From a virus, in IMG/VR virus record IMGVR_UViG_3300012964_000007, positions 1 to 44,003 of that record: a stretch of 44,003 nt of DNA; one strand, 5' to 3'. The translations under genes and the position numbers were made by a program. Positions 39,965 to 44,003 of this stretch are shown here, one piece after another (within the stretch, counting starts at the first letter, position 1; each line of letters starts with the position of its first letter). The notes beneath the pieces were generated by a model. It did no database searches and had not been told where the DNA came from. It saw nothing but the letters and a program-made list of their open reading frames with translations.

Positions 39965-40303
39965 ATGACAAAAGAAGAACTCAGGGAAATCCTTAAAAAC
40001 TACTTCGCTGACTGTGACAACTTCAAAAAGACCTACACCATTCCAGGAATCGCTGAGGCAATGAAGTGGTCAGTCGATGACGTACTCAACTATCCTTCTA
40101 CCGGCGAACTTTCAAAGATGCTCGATCACGCTAAACTGAAATGCGAGAACTCGCTCATCAGCGACGCGCTGAGAGGAAAGATTGATAAGACAACCGCGCA
40201 ACTAATTTTAAAGACCCACTTCGGTTACAAGGACAAAAAAGAAGTCGACGTTAAAGGAAAAATAAATATTAGTTCCATACTCGACGAAATAGAACAATCA
40301 TAA
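39965..40303 (+). CDS. terS: Terminase small subunit (112 aa)
   Basis: Immediately precedes terL with a TAATG overlap. HTH-like TIPGIAEAMKWSVDDV and the C-terminal FGYKDKKE pattern are typical of small terminases. Confidence 0.6.
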   Translation: MTKEELREILKNYFADCDNFKKTYTIPGIAEAMKWSVDDVLNYPSTGELSKMLDHAKLKCENSLISDALRGKIDKTTAQLILKTHFGYKDKKEVDVKGKINISSILDEIEQS

Positions 40304-41853
40304 TGTCAGACCCACGTCTCGCTTCAAAAGAGTGGAGAATAAATAATCTCTACAAAATAAAAAACAAGAATAAGCAACTTGTGAAATTTAAACCTAACCG
40401 TGCGCAAGTAGAGTTCCACAATAACAAAGCAAACCGAAACATCATACTAAAGAGCCGACAGCTCGGTATGACGACCTTTGAGGCAATCGATTCTCTCGAT
40501 GATACTCTTTTCAACAAAAATACTGATGCAATGATGTTGTCGTATGACCAGCAATCACAACTCGATATTTTCGACAACAAAATAAAGCTTGCATGGGATA
40601 ATTTGCACCCATCTCTTCAGAAACTCTATGACCTCGATGCTGACCGCGCAAACAAATTGAAGTTCAACTGGGGAGACGGCTCTGTTTCATCTATCGCGGC
40701 TCAGACCCATGGCCGTTCAGGAACATTTAATCGTCTCCACATATCCGAGTTTGCAAAGATTTGTAAAAACTCCAAAGCGGCTGCCGATGAAATCATTTCA
40801 GGTAACATCCCCGCTGTTCCTATTGACGGTCGCATTGACATTGAGTCTACTGCGGAAGGAGATACAGGAGCGTTCTATGACATGTTTATGGAGGCATGGC
40901 TTCGCGGAGAGCCCGAGACACCGGTGGATTTTAAGGCGTTCTTCTTCAACTGGACATATGATGATGCGGAGATTGCAAAAGTGAAACCGCTTCCAGATGA
41001 AAAATTTCCGAAAGAGTTCCTTATCTATAGGGATAAGCACTCTCTTACTCAGTCTCAGATAACCTATTACTACTTCAAGTGGATAGAGATGGCGCGCGAC
41101 TGGGGGAAACTTCACCAGCAGTACCCCACAACCGTTGAGGAGGCTTTTGAGTACTCGGGGGATAAATTCTTCAACGCAGAGAAGCTGCACGCAATGCAAA
41201 CGCGCGATCCGAACGATGATTCGAGTGGATATTGGAAATACTTCGCCGATTACAAGCCGGGTCATCGATATGCTCTTGCGGCAGACCCTGCCGGAGGGTT
41301 TCAAGGAGACAATGCAACTATCGCGATCATTGATTTCGATGCGAAGCCTCGTCCGGAGCTCGTGGCGACATATGTGAACGACTCTATTGAGCCGGATATG
41401 TTCGCTTACGAGGTGAAGAATGGGGGAACGCGATATGGGAATTGTATCGTGGCGGTTGAGAGGAACAATCACGGTCACGCAACCCTTGCTATACTCAAGG
41501 GGATATACTATAATATTTTCAAGGAGTACAAGGAGGACACGATGACATCGGAAGAGACGGAGAAGCTCGGTTGGCACACGAACCGCGTCTCCAAACCGAA
41601 GATGGTTTTTGATATGAAGACGGCGATTGAGGAAGACCTTATTAGTATTCCAGACAAGGAGACAGTGCACGAGATGATAACGTACCAGAGAGAGGACGTC
41701 GACAATGTAAAAGATGGGGACGGCAAGCACTGGGATCGGGTCATCGCTTTGTGCATCGCATGGCAGATGAATAAGTACGCAGCGTCAACGCGCGTGGTGA
41801 CGACGGGAAGCGATTCTGAATTTGATAAATTCGGAATGATAGCAAGTTTGTAA
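40303..41853 (+). CDS. terL: Terminase large subunit (516 aa)
   Basis: ATPase motifs ILKSRQLGMTT and RLHISEF. Nuclease-domain motifs ALAADPAGG...DNATIAIID, VERNNHG, KHWDRVIAL. Confidence 0.9.
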   Translation: MSDPRLASKEWRINNLYKIKNKNKQLVKFKPNRAQVEFHNNKANRNIILKSRQLGMTTFEAIDSLDDTLFNKNTDAMMLSYDQQSQLDIFDNKIKLAWDNLHPSLQKLYDLDADRANKLKFNWGDGSVSSIAAQTHGRSGTFNRLHISEFAKICKNSKAAADEIISGNIPAVPIDGRIDIESTAEGDTGAFYDMFMEAWLRGEPETPVDFKAFFFNWTYDDAEIAKVKPLPDEKFPKEFLIYRDKHSLTQSQITYYYFKWIEMARDWGKLHQQYPTTVEEAFEYSGDKFFNAEKLHAMQTRDPNDDSSGYWKYFADYKPGHRYALAADPAGGFQGDNATIAIIDFDAKPRPELVATYVNDSIEPDMFAYEVKNGGTRYGNCIVAVERNNHGHATLAILKGIYYNIFKEYKEDTMTSEETEKLGWHTNRVSKPKMVFDMKTAIEEDLISIPDKETVHEMITYQREDVDNVKDGDGKHWDRVIALCIAWQMNKYAASTRVVTTGSDSEFDKFGMIASL

Positions 41854-41870
41854 TTTTTATATTTAAATAC

Positions 41871-43874
41871 ATGGCAAAAAAAACAAAAGACCCCATCCTT
41901 AATGCAGAAGAGGAAAAAAAGAAGCACGGTGTCGATACTCCTTTTTATTCCCCCGAAGAATTAAAATATATTCACAATCTACGCGCGAAACTTGCAACGG
42001 CGCGCAACGTGCGCGAAGGGACTCACGATGAGTTCGATGGGATGACGTACACGCAACGATGCGAGGCGAACAGGAAGGGTGCTCAGACATTTATCACGCC
42101 AAAGAAAAATAAAGAGGATACCACTTTTGTTACTGGCACAACCCGCCAAAAGATTTTTGTTATTCTGAACGCGCTCCACAACCTAAATATTACTTCTGAG
42201 GTTCACGCTTTCGATGAAAAGAATACGGAAGACGTTGGTCTGGGGCACGCGCTCGATCTTCTCAACGAAAAGACATCTATTCTCGACAATGATGAAGAGA
42301 AAAAGATTCTTCGCCACTACACAATGCTCGAGCAAGGGGAGGTGTTCGTTGAAGAAATTTGGGACGAGAAGTTCCAGCTTTTTAAGGATGTCACGGTGCC
42401 TTTTGATGGCAAAAATATAAAACTCGCCGAATGGACAGAGCGTTTGAAGAAGGTATCGTCGGGTCCATCGCGCAATGTTCTTCTTAATGAGAACGTTTAT
42501 CTTGGAGATATCACTGTTTATGAATTTAAAAACCAGCCATTTATCTTTACGATAGAACAAAAGAACTACGACGATGCTTTTGCTCTTTATGGAGACTGGG
42601 AAAGATGGCAGTACGTTGATAGGGGGGCGAAGTATTTTAATTTTCCACCAGACGCAGGAGACTACAACAAAAATTGGACGATAACTGAGACACAAAAAGA
42701 TCAGGTTGAGGTTATAAAATTCCAAGACAGGAATAATAATGAGTATGCCATTATTATAAATGGTATTTTGATGACACCAGTGGGACTTCCTATTCCTCGC
42801 AAGTGGGGAGACGGGGTGGAATACAATATCACTCAGCAAATTGGTGAGATTATTTCCCCATACTTCGCTTACGGAAAGTCGATGGTTATGAAACTTCGTA
42901 CAAAGCAAGCGGTCTATGACGAAATGCTTCGATTGGCAATTTTAAAGACACAGAAGTCTTTCATGCCACCAATGGCAAACAACACAGGCGTTCATTTGTC
43001 AACACGCATCATGATGCCAGGGAAGATGACGACAGGAATTGACGCTGACAAACTAAAGGTTATCGGAGACGCAAACGGATTGCAGCGCTCAGAGGTTTTG
43101 ATGATGCAGGAAATCAGCAAGGCCCTCGATGACGACTCAACGTCACCAATTATGCAGGGAAAGAACCCTGTGGGTACAACGCGCATGACGGCTACTCAAT
43201 CACAGCAGCTTCGTCAGCAGGCAGATCTTGCTATGTCGGGGATTATCTTGGCTACGACGCTACTCGAGACGAAGCTTGGAACGATGAGAATGTTCAATAA
43301 TCTTGAAAACTGGTTCAAGCCGGTTGGAGCAACGGTTGAGAACGACCAAGTGAAGAATAAATACCGATCGATGAACATCGACAAGCTTATTGAGGGCGAG
43401 GGTTCTGGCCAGTCAATTCTTCGCGTTTCCGAGACACCGAAGAGCTCTCCTCAACTTTATAACGAAGAAGAGAACATCAAAAAAACAACGGGAATCCCCA
43501 CTCGAATCCAAGAGGTTAATCCTTTGTCGCTCCAGAATGTTAAATACACATACTATGTTACCGCAACACAAAAACCAAGAAAGAATTCTGACCTTACGAA
43601 GGTTCTCTTTAATGAGATGATGCAAGGAGCAGAGCGATTCCCTAATATCAACATGGAGTACATGTCTGAGAGGTTTGCTGAAGTATGGGGAGAAGACCCA
43701 ACAAAGATGTTCCAGAAGGGGCAAGGAACACCGGATGCCGGAGCAGGAGCCACAGACACGGCTGCGGGGAAAGGAGGCGCAGGAGCTCGCGGTTCTATGT
43801 TTCCAAAGAGTATGACTGGAGCAGGGAAGCCAAAAAAGCCAAGCATTAACACAATGGAATCATTGCCACAATAA
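41871..43874 (+). CDS. Portal protein (667 aa)
   Basis: Large ORF directly after terL, of portal-typical size, with the N-terminal pattern DEFDGMTYTQRCEANRK. Antisense track ORFs are shadows. Confidence 0.8.
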   Translation: MAKKTKDPILNAEEEKKKHGVDTPFYSPEELKYIHNLRAKLATARNVREGTHDEFDGMTYTQRCEANRKGAQTFITPKKNKEDTTFVTGTTRQKIFVILNALHNLNITSEVHAFDEKNTEDVGLGHALDLLNEKTSILDNDEEKKILRHYTMLEQGEVFVEEIWDEKFQLFKDVTVPFDGKNIKLAEWTERLKKVSSGPSRNVLLNENVYLGDITVYEFKNQPFIFTIEQKNYDDAFALYGDWERWQYVDRGAKYFNFPPDAGDYNKNWTITETQKDQVEVIKFQDRNNNEYAIIINGILMTPVGLPIPRKWGDGVEYNITQQIGEIISPYFAYGKSMVMKLRTKQAVYDEMLRLAILKTQKSFMPPMANNTGVHLSTRIMMPGKMTTGIDADKLKVIGDANGLQRSEVLMMQEISKALDDDSTSPIMQGKNPVGTTRMTATQSQQLRQQADLAMSGIILATTLLETKLGTMRMFNNLENWFKPVGATVENDQVKNKYRSMNIDKLIEGEGSGQSILRVSETPKSSPQLYNEEENIKKTTGIPTRIQEVNPLSLQNVKYTYYVTATQKPRKNSDLTKVLFNEMMQGAERFPNINMEYMSERFAEVWGEDPTKMFQKGQGTPDAGAGATDTAAGKGGAGARGSMFPKSMTGAGKPKKPSINTMESLPQ

Positions 43875-44003
43875 TGAGCAAAAAGATAAACGAAGATCTA
43901 GTAAAATTAAACCGCCATTTTCTTGGTTCTATTGACCTTGACGACATCGTTAATGCAGATACTCTTACTGGTACAGACAGAAAAATTTATCTTGAAAACG
44001 CAG
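43874..44003 (+). CDS. 5' part of the junction-spanning 117-aa ORF (continues at base 3 of the window)
   Basis: ATG 43874 overlaps the portal stop TAA 43872-43874. The reading frame is open to the end of the window and is identical to 1-123. Confidence 0.55.
   Translation, partial: MSKKINEDLVKLNRHFLGSIDLDDIVNADTLTGTDRKIYLENA
43881..44003. repeat. Right copy of the exact 123-bp terminal duplication
   Basis: Identical to bases 1-123. Confidence 0.95.

Noticed and set aside
40798-42908. Long antisense ORFs inside terL (40798-41730, 310 aa) and portal (42183-42908, 241 aa)
   Set aside because: They lie fully within well-supported conserved genes on the opposite strand and have a Leu/Arg/Ser-rich shadow-ORF composition. 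The same applies to 432-813, 16552-17073, 19499-20131, 27674-28189 and 9282-9804.
1-44003. tRNA, tmRNA, rRNA, integrase/attP, diversity-generating retroelement
   Set aside because: I saw no T-loop/cloverleaf-like sequence in the intergenic regions, no tyrosine/serine recombinase motifs, no RT, and no long near-identical template/variable repeat pair. This was a visual scan only, so tRNAscan-SE/Infernal should confirm it.

Overview
The window is a complete tailed-phage (Caudoviricetes-type) genome assembled as a circle. Bases 1-123 are identical to 43881-44003, so the unique length is 43,880 bp, and one small ORF crosses the junction.

Gene blocks:
- Rightward late/virion block: terS (39965), terL, portal, across the junction, scaffold-like protein, capsid, beta-helix and fibre-like proteins, a 1080-aa internal-type protein, and a PurD-like ATP-grasp gene ending at 19988.
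- Terminator-flanked insert (20041-20768) with two paralogous zinc-finger mini-proteins that have unusually strong SD sites.
- Leftward block 25366->20772: small HTH, PD-(D/E)XK exonuclease, an HNH gene broken by one in-frame TGA, Lys-rich mini-proteins, a holin-like protein, a signal-peptide HNH-like protein, and a zincin/NPGNLR lysin candidate.
- Rightward replication block 25459-29518: CHC2 zinc-finger protein, P-loop ATPase, SNF2 helicase, DNA methyltransferase, RecU/VRR-NUC-like nuclease.
- Long leftward early block 38388->29695: about 35 small genes, many of them Zn-ribbon mini-proteins below the ORF-track cutoff. It also holds two very acidic proteins, a pentapeptide-repeat protein, and a hexapeptide-repeat protein encoded by 14 near-identical 18-bp repeats.

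I recognised no DNA polymerase, RNA polymerase, integrase, reverse transcriptase, tRNA or CRISPR array.

The least explained parts are non-coding:
- a 133-nt GC-rich element closed by a perfect 15-bp inverted repeat in a 5' leader (36095-36227);
- a roughly 400-nt GT-skewed tract with iteron-like GCTTGTAGGCG repeats (36365-36767);
- a palindrome-dense control region (38389-39212);
- an excess of perfect DnaA boxes placed at the promoter hubs.

All functional calls come from motif recognition by eye, not from database searches.
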